From: Obrimoposthia wandeli
Taxonomy: Eukaryota
DNA: 64,000 bases
Direction of reading: 5' to 3'
Assembly (NCBI GenBank): GCA_977020255.1
Contig: CDROCS010002398.1
Coordinates: 1,178,001-1,242,000, forward strand
Shown piece by piece: positions 1 through 11,932 of the stretch. The first letter of the stretch is position 1, and the number at the start of each line of letters is the position of its first letter. A model generated the notes under the pieces. The model ran no database searches. It had not been told where the DNA came from and saw only the letters and a list, made by a program, of their open reading frames with translations. Made by a program: the position numbers and the translations under genes.

Positions 1-57
1 TAATTTTAAGTATAAACAAATATATCATTTTAGTATTTCATTTTATTTTATTTTCAA

Positions 58-510
58 ATGGCTTTTATTGATTTAGAATGTTTTATTGATAATAATGGAG
101 AATATATTCCAAAGGAATTATGTATAATGTATGTGAATGATATGACTTGTCCATTTCATTACGTGTTTAAAAATCAAATACCATGGAGTAGTTTATCATT
201 TACAGTTAAAAGAAAAAATCTATATTTGATAAATCATCATCATCAGTTATCCTGGTTTGAAGGTGAAAGCTCTGATATTCATATTGATGATGTTGAAACA
301 ATATTCTATGTTATGGATTCTATTGATGGAAAGAAAATTAATTTAGTGAAACGAATGTTTCCAAATTTGAGAATTGTGAATTATAATAAAAGTTTCAAAA
401 ATTTAAAGAAAATGCCAAAAAATATTCGATGTCCGTTTAGAAAACACGGAAAACATTGTGCTTATTTGAAATGTTTTTCTCTATGTATTGATTATGTAAA
501 TTGTATATAA
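58..510 (+). CDS. Intact 150-aa accessory protein with an N-terminal DEDD-exonuclease-like motif (IDLECF), an HHH motif and a Cys/His-rich C-terminus, of a type I associate with invertebrate Polintons
   Basis: Complete ATG-to-TAA ORF with no introns. TATA-like AGTATAA near 9 and TTTTAGT near 27 upstream. Motif pattern IDLECF..PKEL..HYVFK..W..L..N.YL..HHH.L.W..G. Confidence 0.65.
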   Translation: MAFIDLECFIDNNGEYIPKELCIMYVNDMTCPFHYVFKNQIPWSSLSFTVKRKNLYLINHHHQLSWFEGESSDIHIDDVETIFYVMDSIDGKKINLVKRMFPNLRIVNYNKSFKNLKKMPKNIRCPFRKHGKHCAYLKCFSLCIDYVNCI

Positions 511-604
511 ATATATTTATTAAGGATATTTTATTTTAATATATAATTTATGTTATTTAAATAAATTTTACCATAATTCTTTAGATGTGTAAGCCTGGGA
601 AAAA

Positions 605-915
605 ACTTTGATCTAAATTTTCACATAGAATAGTATGTGTGTGATTACGTAATACATTCTTAACTGATAAGAGTGAACTTTAGTTTAAATTTTACATAAA
701 ATAGTGTATGTGTGTGTTAAAAACCACATTCCTTAACTGATAAGAGTGAACTTTAGTTTAAATTTCACATAAAATAGTGTATGTGTGTGTTAAAAACCAC
801 ATTCCTTAACTGATAAGAGTGAACTTTATCATAAATTTTCACATAGAATAGTATGTGTGTGTGTGATTACGTAATACATTCTTAATTGTTAAGTGTGAAC
901 TTTATCATAAATTTT
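605..915. repeat. 73-bp tandem repeat, about 4 copies
   Basis: ACTGATAAGAGTGAACTTTA recurs at 663, 736 and 809 (period 73), with degenerate flanking copies. Confidence 0.9.
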
Positions 916-934
916 CATTATGGACTAGATTACA

Positions 935-1130
935 AAAAAGAAGGGTGGAGACTAAGCCACTTGATCCTTTGAATTAGTGGTTAACCAAAAAGAAGGGTGG
1001 AGACTAGATCACTAAAATAAGGATGGAGACTAGATCACTAAAATAAGGGTGGAGACTAGATCACAAAAAGATGGGTGGAGACTAGATCACAAAAAGATGG
1101 GTGGAGACTAAGCCACTTGACCCTTTAAAC
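935..1130. repeat. Short (about 25 bp) subterminal repeats with core GG(G/A)TGGAGACTA(G/A)
   Basis: About six copies of GGGTGGAGACTAGATCAC or GGGTGGAGACTAAGCCAC. Confidence 0.85.
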
Positions 1131-1156
1131 TATGGACGACCATAGTAGTATATCAA

Positions 1157-1258
1157 GGAAGGATGGAGTCTAGATCACTTGACCCCCCCCTCCCCCTCCC
1201 CCTAAAGGGTGTCACACCATAAGGGTGTCACACCAAGTGATCTAGACTCCATCCTTCC
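1157..1258. repeat. Terminal hairpin: perfect 25-bp inverted repeat with a 52-nt loop
   Basis: GGAAGGATGGAGTCTAGATCACTTG (1157-1181) is the exact reverse complement of 1234-1258. The loop holds a poly-C tract and two copies of AAGGGTGTCACACC. Confidence 0.95.
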
Positions 1259-1702
1259 ACCTACTATCCTTGTTAAAATTGATACTTTTTTTGAAAATAA
1301 TTGTTTGAAGATTAGGTTATTTAAGGCATTTTATTTAACTAACAATTAATTAACAACAAATAAGAAGTTTTGTAATTAAACAATCAATTATTTAATATAT
1401 TTTTTCAATATTAAATATCTCTGATATCAAAATTATTACTTTAATGGAACATATTTTTGTATATTTCCTAGAAATGATCACACCAGACTATTGACTATTT
1501 TCTCACCGATAAATCTAAATTAAAAAACAGAAGATAAATAGATAATTATTACGTCAAAAGTGAAATTAACTATAATGCATGTATTTACAAGGAATTTAGT
1601 CATAACATATGTCGTATGAATAAAATACTTGCATAATCTTATACAAGTGAGATTATTGAATAAATTATAAAGAAACTCATATAAAATTATGTATATATAT
1701 AT

Positions 1703-3471
1703 TAGGGTGGCCCTTAGTATAATGTGAAAAAATTAAACTCAACAACTTCACTCTACCACCCTCCCAATATATGCCAATTATAGAGACTATCCTTTATGCA
1801 AAAAATATTACATTTTGATTATATTTAGGGTGGCTCTCGAGCTTTGAAGGTTTCATGTGAAATACAATTTAGCAGTTGAATCGACAATATATATGAATTT
1901 CTAATAACCCAAGAATGCATATTACCAAAAATCATTCATTGAATCAATATTATATATTACAATGATTATGAGTCATGACTAATTAAAGTAAATGAATACT
2001 AATGTCCAGCTTGTCATTTTACTACTAATAAACAGTTATATTGTTCGTAAGGTGTGAAGTACTGAAAACTTAAATGCTTGATGGATTTTCTTTCTGATAT
2101 GCTACCCAATGTGTTCATTGTTCACAATATCACTGCCTCTTACTGGTAGTTGCATTCGCTACAATGTTTATCTTGGTACAATCAGGAAACTGTCGTCGGT
2201 GTTCAGTGACAACCTGAAGGAGAAACCGAAGTTGACCCTCATCTTTGGTTAACTTCTTTTTTTAAATCCTAGCTCAAGGCAACGCCACGTTCGGCCCTAT
2301 CATTGACGACAGCCAACCCCTTGACTATTTCCGTGGCCAATTTTCCATCCCAGTGAACCGTTAAGGGAACCGATGTTGTAAATTCAAATCGAAGAGGTTT
2401 AGATCTAGTCAATCAATGCCTTGTTCTCGCTCGTTTAATGGAGTTCCAGTTTATATTTACATTGGTAACATCATGGCCAAGACTGGATGCCATTTCACTA
2501 AGGGCAAATGTGGCATTCCTGGAAGACATCTTTGTTATGTCCAAAGCTGCCACAAGTCCAGAAGACATGACGTTGGTCTTGGCTCTTTTTAGCGCAGAAG
2601 CTCCTGCTTCGTCGTCTTCAGTCTCTGTACCGGGAGTTTTCTTTGCTTTATACTGAACATCGTCGTCAGTTTCACCTGCCGCAGAAGAGGAATCCGTTGG
2701 GAGAGTAGTATGTCTTTTGGAGGTTTCCAGCTCATCCTGTGATTGTTTCTGGCGCCTCAATTCGGCTTCCTTCCGTTCCTGGACACGTTGTCTCCGATGT
2801 GTTTCCACTAGATCAAGAGCACCAATTGATCTGGGTCGACCTTTTTGCCTCTGAGCGAGGAGGAATGCTCTGTCTGCTGGGATCGTGATAGTAGTGAAAG
2901 CATCTATATGGGCGATATCAAAATGTTCTTCAAGTTGCTCCATGAAATCTAGAAATCTAAAATAATGGAATATATGTTAATGACTATTAGTATTTATTCA
3001 ATATTCATTTATACAAGAAGATTTATTATCAAATTTGATTATTGAAAAGCTGATTATGCTATATGCAATACATTTGTAATTTAGTATTAAATGTGGCATC
3101 ATTAATGTTATGAGTAAATTCCAAATTAGCAATGGATTGCATAATGTACATATTTAAATTGTTTATCACATAATCTGTGATAATGCAATATACAATGTTG
3201 AATGAATTACTGGTGAAATTATTACTTGCACTGCATGCCATAACACATTAAAATGATGACAAAAGGAAAATATTTCTAAAATTGTGATATTTTCCATATA
3301 TGCCATAAACGGATAATATAGATATGTTACTTGAACTTCAATGCTCGAGGGCCAACCCTAAATATTATACAATTGTAATAATCTTTTGCACAGTATGTTT
3401 TTTCATAGATGGCATAGATTGATAGGGTGCCAGAAGTTGAATTCAAACTTTCATTTGTAAGGGCCATCCTA
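1703..3471 (-). mobile_element. Internally deleted hAT-superfamily (hATm-type, HWDGK) DNA transposon
   Basis: TIR TAGG(G/A)TGGCCCTTA at both ends, with near-perfect 8-bp TSD ATATATAT/ATATATTT. A second inner inverted pair lies at 1826 and 3360. Transposase fragments are on the minus strand. Confidence 0.75.
2110..2955 (-). pseudogene. hATm-type transposase remnant (N-terminal part fused to C-terminus)
   Basis: FDIAHIDA..FLLAQRQKGR and LDITKMSSRNA (ORF 2413-2943). After a frame break come PLTVHWDGK, LAVVNDRAERGVAL and LRFLLQVVTEHRRQFPD. The catalytic core between HWDGK and AERG is missing. Confidence 0.7.
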
Positions 3472-3509
3472 ATATATTTTACCACAATCATAAAATGTAT
3501 CATATGATA

Positions 3510-5690
3510 AAATGCGTGTGTTTTAAAAAAATCTGTAAAAATCTGTTTATAGTCCATGTAAAAGTCACTTACAAACTTAAAATAAGCTTTCTAAAGAAAC
3601 TTATACGAAATTATTTATATTTATCACGGTTATAAAATGAAAACTCATGCAAATCCTCGATATAATCATATATGAGAAAAGTTATACCGAAAATAACAAT
3701 TTTTCATCGATTTGATAAATATTTCAAACATGAAAATTCTTACCTTACAAGTTATTTATTATTTTGAAGAAGCTTATACAAATTAACTTTTCACTTATTT
3801 AATCAATATTACAGTCATTTAATTTCAGAAACTTCTATTAAAGCCTTATCAAGCAGTCACTAAAAAGTCTTCAATTAAATCATTGGAGCTCCTAAGGTAG
3901 TGTTATTTTATTGAAACTGGACATTTAGAGTAAAGCAATGAATATAGAAGAATTTTGGAAGTAAATTTAATGTGATGTTTGTAAGGTTTTAGAATAAGAC
4001 TTGATATGATGTATAGGAGATTTGCATACTTTTTAGGTGTTTTAAAAGTATGTGTATGAAGAAATTCCAAAAGTGTTGATGATAAATATTAATAATTTTC
4101 TCTCCTAAAGAAGCCAAAACTAACTATGGAGGTTTTAAATATTTTATCAACATTTTCCGTGTAGTAAATTGAATTATAATGTGGGTATTTTATCAATAAT
4201 TCCTCTCTAAATATATTGATGTCTTGATGCATACACTTTTTCATTGATTTTATCAAATTTCAGTTATAAAGGGTTAAAAACAGATACATATTGATTATCT
4301 TCAAAGAGAGTTATACCAAAATTAATTATAAAAATATGATAAGATAAATGACAATTGAAGCCCAGATATAACTATTTTACAAATATTTCTTTGGTGTTTG
4401 GATCTGACAAGTATTATATTGAAGGATTAGGATAGCTAAATTATTTAATTGGGTTTATATAATGAACAAAACTGCATACATTTTTGTTAACTCTGAGAAA
4501 ATAATGGTGAATGTTTTTAGGACAGTAAACAGTTTAGTAATATCTTTACTTCAATTTTCATATTTAATTTTTTTACATTATAATTAATTTTGGTATAACT
4601 ATCTCTGAAAATAATCAAAATGTACCTGTTTTTAACACTTTTTAATCGATATCTGATAAAATCAGTAAAAAATGCATTTATTGTAAAATTTTGAAAAAAT
4701 ACACGCATTATAATCCATTTTGCGATAACTCTGTTTGGAAATAATCAACCTTATCTGTTTTTAACACTTTTTCGCGGAAATGTTGATAAAATCCTTGAAA
4801 ACGTCATATTTGGTTTTAGCTTCTTTAGGAGAGCAAATCAATCACAGTTATCAATAACATCTTAGGAATTTCTTCATAGACATTGTTAGTTTCGTTTTGA
4901 GTCAATACATTCATATTACAAATTTATATTTTAAAAAAACGTATTACAGATAGTTCTTGTTTTTTCTTTCGTCCTTGATCTTTGACTGAGGACATCATGT
5001 GATAATTCAGTCATTGAGCATATCATACATTATTTCAATCATTAGAATATAATAATTTATTATAGTATTTAAATATGATTATTTTATTTTAGCCATCTCA
5101 TATACATGTATATACTTCTAAACGCCTAAAATGCAAACAAAGCTCCTGTTCATCATATCAATTTCACTCCTAAAACCAATTAAACAAGTCTTTGTTTTCT
5201 TTTCTAAAACTTTCTATGCATTAATTTCATTCTAAAATTCTTCTACATATCATTGCTTCACTTAAAATTGTCAAATTTCAATAAAATGCTATATTATCTT
5301 TAGAAATAAAATGACTTTAGGAGCTCCAAGGATTTCTCTCCAACATTTCAGCGGCTGCTTGGTGATGTTTCTGAGACTTATTGACCTTAATATTGATCAA
5401 ATCAGTGAAAAATAAATTTGTGTAAGCTTCTTCAAAATAATCAATAACATGAAATGTAAGAATTTTCATGATCGAAATATTGATCAATCGATGAAAAAAT
5501 CGTTATTTTCGATATAACTTTCTTTTACATCCCTTGATATAAAGAATTTGATTAATTTTCATTATAAATATAAATAATTTTGCATAAGTTTATTTAGAAA
5601 GTGTAACTTCAGTTTTGTAATAAGCTTTTACATGGAATTAGGACGAAAGATTGATAAAATTCTTGAAAAATGCATGATAAAACAAACCAC
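3510..5690. repeat. Diverged long inverted repeat (foldback-like), about 2.1 kb with a centre near 4350-4560
   Basis: 3670-3900 matches the reverse complement of 5320-5530. 4050-4165 matches 4770-4880. 4260-4345 matches 4565-4650. Identity is roughly 75-80% by eye. Confidence 0.8.
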
Positions 5691-6559
5691 TTGAATTTCA
5701 AATCATGTGAACTATAATAAATTATAACTTTCATTAATTATGACCTTCAGAAAACATGAGTAATTGACCAATATTTGAATGTTTGCGCAGATTTTGATGC
5801 ATTTAAACAAAATCAGCTCAAAACAGACATACTAAAACATTTTAATGCCTTTTAAAACACCATTTCTGAAAAACATTCTTAAATCTAAATATCATGTGTA
5901 TGGGAGAATTTTGACTTACTTTTTGGAAATATTTTCATTTTTTTGAGTTTTCACTAGGGAATACTCACATTCTTACATTTGTTCCAAAAGACACACATTC
6001 CTTTACTCAAATTTTACAAACACCATTAAAATCCATGTATAGCAATTCGATCATGTATAATACACTTCTTAATTGAAACACGTAACCGGACATGAGCCGT
6101 ATGGAGTCGATTAGTCCCTTTATAGAATACTTATGCTTATTTTGTTTGTTCGAAACTGAAACTGTCGACATCAATGTTCGTGTGTAAAAGCTACAAAATC
6201 TAACACCATATAACATCTGATATAACACCACAAAGAATTCCATTTATAATTAAGGCTAAAGAGTTTATTTAAAAAATAGCAAAAAAAGTTCAAAATATTA
6301 TGTTATATATATATAAAATATATATAAATTTTTGACAAATTTTGACTGACGTTATTCCTATATTTGCCAAGTCTTATATATAAATGTCGAACCAATCACA
6401 TCACGCCTGGAATTGTTAAGTGGCAGGCAGAGTGATGTGAATGATCCGATATAGAACATAAAAATGCTTGATAGAACAAGAAAGGCATAAAAACACATGT
6501 AGGAAAAGGAACACATTGGTTTCTGGAGTTATGTTAAAGCCTGGTGCATGGTAACCGTC

Positions 6560-7100
6560 ATGAGCTGGTTCCAATTGCTCTCGATTCTGGTGGCTGAAGC
6601 CTCGTCTCTAGTGGATCCATCCGCCGGATTATCCGTAGGTCGCACGAATTAGACGTGAATCCTTTTTAGCGCTCCTAGAACTTGGACTCCCAGTATGGTC
6701 CACCATTGATCCATTGGCGTCGGAATTCGTCGGTTCCTTGTGCTCCACACCAGTCCGAGGTTATCGCATAGTATGGTATCACCTTTCTTTGCCATCCACA
6801 TTGCCAACAGCAGAGCTCTGGCTTCCTGTAAATAAATGTTAGCCGACTCTAACCTAACCTAGCCACCTCTACTACGTGTGTTTGCGCGTCCTCTTGTGTT
6901 TGCAGCCTTGTGCGCTTGATATCTGGCGATCTCCTCTGGTGGGATATCTGCGATTCGGGCCAAGTTGTAAGTGCGAGCCTCAGTTGCTGCCCATCCGATG
7001 GAGATGGAGCTGTAGAGCATAGAGACTCGATAACTGCCCCACAAACATTTGCTTTGATATATTTCATAGCCGATTGACATTCTTCTTTCATTTCGATTTA
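6560..7100 (-). pseudogene. Retroelement fragment with an RNase H of DIRS/Ngaro (tyrosine-recombinase) type
   Basis: Minus strand reads NIYLQEARALLLAMW..ILCDNLGLVW..IHV*FVRPTDNPADGSTR (E, DN and NPAD..R RNase H motifs) with one internal stop. Confidence 0.5.
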
Positions 7101-7399
7101 TTTTTCTCTTATTCGCATAATCTACTGTTTTTTAGCTGTCTAACAATTGGCATAAACTGACTGGTTTAGATTTTCTACAGGTTACAAAGTTGACACATTA
7201 TGTGAATTATCTTTTTTCTATTAATTCAATTTACTTGATTGTTAGCCCATCAAAAGCATTTCTGTAATAGTGACCCCTCGCAAAAGCTGACTAGAAAATA
7301 ATTCAATTCTGTAGTTGTAATTTAAGTCGATAAAGTATAATAGACTAATATTAAGAATATTAAGATAACTTACTTTATTGAGTCTTTCTACCTTCTCAA

Positions 7400-7870
7400 T
7401 ATTTCAATATTGCTAACCCCTTTCCCACGCATTGCACACCAAACCATTACCCATTCTTTATATTTATTTTTCTCATAATTCTTTAAAAAATTGGGTTTCT
7501 CATAAATGATGTCTGCCTAAAATCCTAACATACCTGGTATTCTTGATCCACTTAGAAGAAAATACGATTCATCATTCATTGCAATTTGCTTCGTCTGAAT
7601 TTTGTTCTGCACAATTTTGATAGTATTTGTTTCTGGACTGGTTCTTGTTTAGCATAAGTCAAAGCAACATTCTTGTGTTTCAAATATAGCATTTTTAATC
7701 CTGCACATAAACGTCAGTTTTCTTTAATAAATTTCAGTTTCAAGGTTCACAGTATTTTCAATTTTTATTCGCATTTTAACATCAGTTTTAAAACCTCCAC
7801 TTGCTGTATTTTACTCCATCTATTCTCGTCTTAATATTCTATAGACAGAAGTTTTAAACATTCCCATTGC
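7400..7870 (-). pseudogene. Tc1/IS630-like transposase remnant
   Basis: Frameshifted MNDESYFLL (first catalytic D motif) and VMVWCAMRGKG. Confidence 0.55.
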
Positions 7871-8117
7871 TGCAAAATGTCAATAACAAAAAAGTTTGTC
7901 TTTTCAATATTTTCGGATTGTTTCTTTCTAAGTTTAAGTAAATACATTTTAAGATATAATACAATTTAAAGATACACATGTTAGTCTTCAATATTTTTGT
8001 CGACTATAAATAAATTATGAATTAGAGTATGAAGTTTATGTTCAATTGAAATTAGTCTCTATATTTTGGTGTCTAAGATGTTTTAATACACATTCTAAAT
8101 TTCCATTACAATGGCGC

Positions 8118-8300
8118 AGAAGCCAGAGGAAACTCTGATGGTGGACTAAAACAGTTCTTTGCTTAGATTGTTAGACATCTAGTAAGGGGTGAAAGACTAA
8201 TCGAATCATCTGGTAGCTGGTTCCCCCAACGTTTCCCTCAGGATAGCTGGCATTTTTGGTGTAGTTGTATCTGGTAAAGTGATTAGAAGCATTGAGGATG
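8118..8300 (+). rRNA. Degenerate 28S (LSU) rRNA fragment, non-functional
   Basis: AAGCCAGAGGAAACTCTG, GGGGTGAAAGACTAATCGAATCATCTGGTAGCTGGTTCC, TTTCCCTCAGGATAGCTGG and GGTAAAG..GATTAGA occur in the order of eukaryotic LSU domain II. No flanking rDNA. Confidence 0.8.
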
Positions 8301-11300
8301 TAAAGTCATTAAAGATGCGAATTGTGGTTATTTTTCATTTGTTCTTTTGATTGGCTAATTGGTTCCTGTATGGAAATTAATTAGACTATAAATATTCAAC
8401 ATGGCGCTGTCAAGTGAAGTTGCAGTGCGATGAGTTTAAAGCAGTGTATCTTTGAAAGGGGATTACGTAGTAGTGAGTGTGTTGAGATATATGCTTTTGG
8501 AACTGTAAATTAAGTGCTAAACAGTGATTTACGTGGATTTTTTTGATAAATTCCGAAACAAACGCAGTCTCATTGACAAGCTCCTAATTGTCTCTCTCTC
8601 TCCAAATATCAGTAGATGTTTTCATAAATAATTTGAACAAAAAACTGAACAAAATACAATTTTCTCTTCGCTGAAAACTTCAAACGAAGCATTAGATCGA
8701 AAATTCCAAACCGGCATCAATTGGCATAAGCCTATCAGACTGAGATCACAACTTAATTCAAGATCTGACGCTAGACCGTACAATCTATAAAAGGAACATT
8801 GAGGATTAGTTGAGAATTTGTTTCTTTTTTAAATTCAAAATATTGTGACTTTTAAAAGTTTGTTAGAAATGTCAAAGACATTCACAAATCTGAAACCTCT
8901 TATTTTTTTCGATATATAATAAAAAATCTATTTCCTATTTATTTTAAATAATTATAAATGTATTTTTTTATTTTTAGTATAAAAAAAATTCGAATATCAA
9001 ACATTCTTTATCAAGAAATAATCCCACATCTGAATATTGAAATAATCAATTTTATAAAAATGTAAATATTTATGATATATTAATTTTATAACTTCAATAT
9101 TAACTATAAAGACTGAAAAATTTTGAATTACAAAGATCAAATTAATTTAGTTTAATGCTCTAAATAGTCAAAATTTCAAACCAAACGGTTTTTTTAAAGA
9201 ATTATTTTTTATAATCATGAATGTAAGTTGTTGATGAATATTAGTAAAAAAACAGATACTATTTTTTCATGTAAATTAAATTGTAATTAATTTCTGTAAC
9301 ATTATCAACTAATACCAAAACTTTATGCCAAATTTATCTGGTTACGATGGTGAGTATGGGATTAATGAACTTCGAATTTTGCAGGTAAAGAACTGTTCAT
9401 ATATTGTCATGTTTAAATTGGAAACATTACAATTTTGACAATTGTAAATGAATGGAGTCCCTACAAGGAGTTTCCGACACCAATTCAAATTTATCTTTAC
9501 CCTGTAAAGGTTTACGTCTTTCAATTGATTTCTAGGCACAGTTTTTGAAAAATAAGAACACATTATTTATTCCAGAGAGATAAACTAGATGCTTCGAGCC
9601 AATCGAAGGCCAATAAATTATTCTAAATGATCAATTAATTTATAACAGACCGAATTTATAATAACATATTGAAACAATTGTAAATTTAAGAGTGATATAT
9701 TATTTTTAATTTTTCTTTGGAATATTTTTAAAATTAAATTAGGTAACTTTTGACTGCTTCGTATTTCTAGCTGGAGTCTCTTTTTCACGGTCTTAAATTT
9801 AAGTTAAATCGGTCAAATATAAAAAATTATAAAAATTAAATAAGTCATGTTTATAATTATTATTTAGGATTTAGAAAAATTATATTTTATTATCTAGCTT
9901 TAAAATTTTTATTAAATATTAGAATGTTTTTTAATATATATTTTTAATTTTATTTAAAGTTTGAATATCTTAAATATATTTTTTTATTTTATTTTCTTTT
10001 TAAAATATTTATTATAAATATCTGTTGAATGTAACTGAAAAGTTTTGAAAATAACTTTGACGCAAAGATGCATTTATGAAAATAAATGTTATAAAATAAT
10101 GTTTATACATTTTATGTGTTTACATCGTATTAAAGACGCGAATCTTTCAAATATTTTGTGTTCAGTTTTTTGGTTCATAAATATCTAATTAAGGTTTTAT
10201 TTTAGTGTTCGAAAAGCTTACTTGAATCATAAGAATAGTCTTAACTAATAAAAATATTATGTAAGTTACTCCGTAAACTATTTTAAATTGTCATTCTAGA
10301 CTTCATTCTTTTATTGCGCATAAACTTATAATTATTTATTGTTGTTCAATTACTAGATGTGTTTTACTATTATCAAACATAGATTGAAGTCTATTTAAAT
10401 TTATCACAGAAACAAATTTTCTAGATTGCATTTCAGAGTTGTTTCAATATATTTTAAACGTCACCAAATAATTGAATTCAATGTCAAACTTTCATTTTTC
10501 AGTTAATATACCATTTTTCAATTTATGGTGTTGGGGTTTTCTTGAAGCTCTCTTTAGAATCCTCGTATGAAGGACCCAATGTGAGTTCCATATAGTTATA
10601 TCTTAGAGGTTTTCGTGGCCTACTTACTTTTAATGTTCTGAAGAAGTTTTTATGCTGTATGTAAAGTTGTGTACAATTTTTTAGATAATTTTACAAGTGT
10701 AATGTGGTACTGGTTTTTAGCTGGATAGGCAATCGATATAATTCCCTTTAGCTGTCTAAACCAATAAAGCTGGCAATTTATAATCTGGATGACTCTGCTA
10801 CGAATCAACCTTTCTGATATTCAGTATGAGAAGTGTTCGGGTATGTTGAATATCGATCTTCCTAAAACTATTTTACCCTATTCGAATCTGGAGTGTCATG
10901 AAACTTTCTATTATTTATCTAAAAGCTACCTATAAAAAATTTGTCCCCAAATTTATAAGAAATCTGTTCAGGATTTATTTAAAAAAAGGTGGTTATCGGT
11001 ATTTATCGCGTGATTATCTATATTCACTTACTTATGCAAAATCAACTATGAGCTTATCTGAGTTTATCTAAAAACGCGTAGTTATCAGTCTTATGGATTT
11101 CTGGACAGTGGTAACTCCTATCGTGGTCCTTGGCGTCTTGTCGTGCCTCGCGGTTCTTGCTCGAAAGTCCTCGTTCTCCTGTTCTTCCTCTGTTATTATT
11201 TTTTACACTTCTACAGTTGTTTTTGTTTCTCTTCTAGCATAGTCATATGGTTCTGCAGTCAGTAATTATTGTTTCTCTTGTTACATTAATGCCTTCTTGT

Positions 11301-11932
11301 CTTCTTGTCTTCTTATCGTCTTGTAATTATTTCTTTTCACTTGAGCATTTGATATTTAAAATTTCTCTTTTTATAAAGATATTGTGAGATCTATGTGATG
11401 AAAAGTTTGAAAATATATTTCAGTTTTGGTCAAATTTAGGGTACAAACGACTTTGGAATAGAATTTATCCTTATATGTTCTGTTATATCAGATGAAAATA
11501 GTTTTATTGGAATTGGCTAGCAAAGCACTGGTGTTTCAGAGCATTCAATATTTTAAATGTGTTTATTTATAACTATATTATTATCTGTATATTTTATGCA
11601 TTTAACCTTGTGATTTTAATTTAATTCAAAATTATGACACTGAAATCTCGACTCCTGATTTCTAGTGTTAACAAATATAAAAACGATTAAAACACATTTT
11701 TTATGAATGTGAATGAGTAAACTGATATCTCATAAAATTTACAATATTTAAAATTGTTTTATTTTAATATTCAGATGTGCCCAGTTGGGATTATTTCCTT
11801 CTAAACAAAAGTCAAATACTAAAATATATCAAACAGTTTTAAGTCATTTTACAAATAAATCAAAAATTACATTTAAAATTATTAAAATTTGTATTTTTGT
11901 TTAAAAATTTTATAATCTTTTTTTGTATTCAG

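Larger units (their letters stand above)
1..1265. mobile_element. Right terminus of a Polinton/Maverick-like (adintovirus-like) element; the rest lies left of the window
   Basis: Intronless viral-style ORF, then subterminal tandem repeats, then an end reading ...CCTTCCACCTACT at 1265 (5'-AGTAGGT on the minus strand), matching the AGT(AG)-type termini of Polintons. No polB, integrase or capsid gene is in view. Confidence 0.6.

Noticed and set aside
605-1130. 73-bp and 25-bp repeats as a CRISPR array
   Set aside because: Whole units repeat head to tail, with no variable spacers.
1157-1265. Parvovirus/densovirus terminal hairpin
   Set aside because: No NS1/Rep or VP sequence nearby. The AGTAG end and the adjacent ORF type fit a Polinton-like element better, though this is not proven.
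11090-11340. Short hydrophobic ORF MDFWTVVTPIVVLG.. as the nAChR M1 exon
   Set aside because: It lacks the IPC..LS..F.LP pattern, runs into a stop and has no usable donor. It may be an antisense gag-like relic, but the evidence is too weak.
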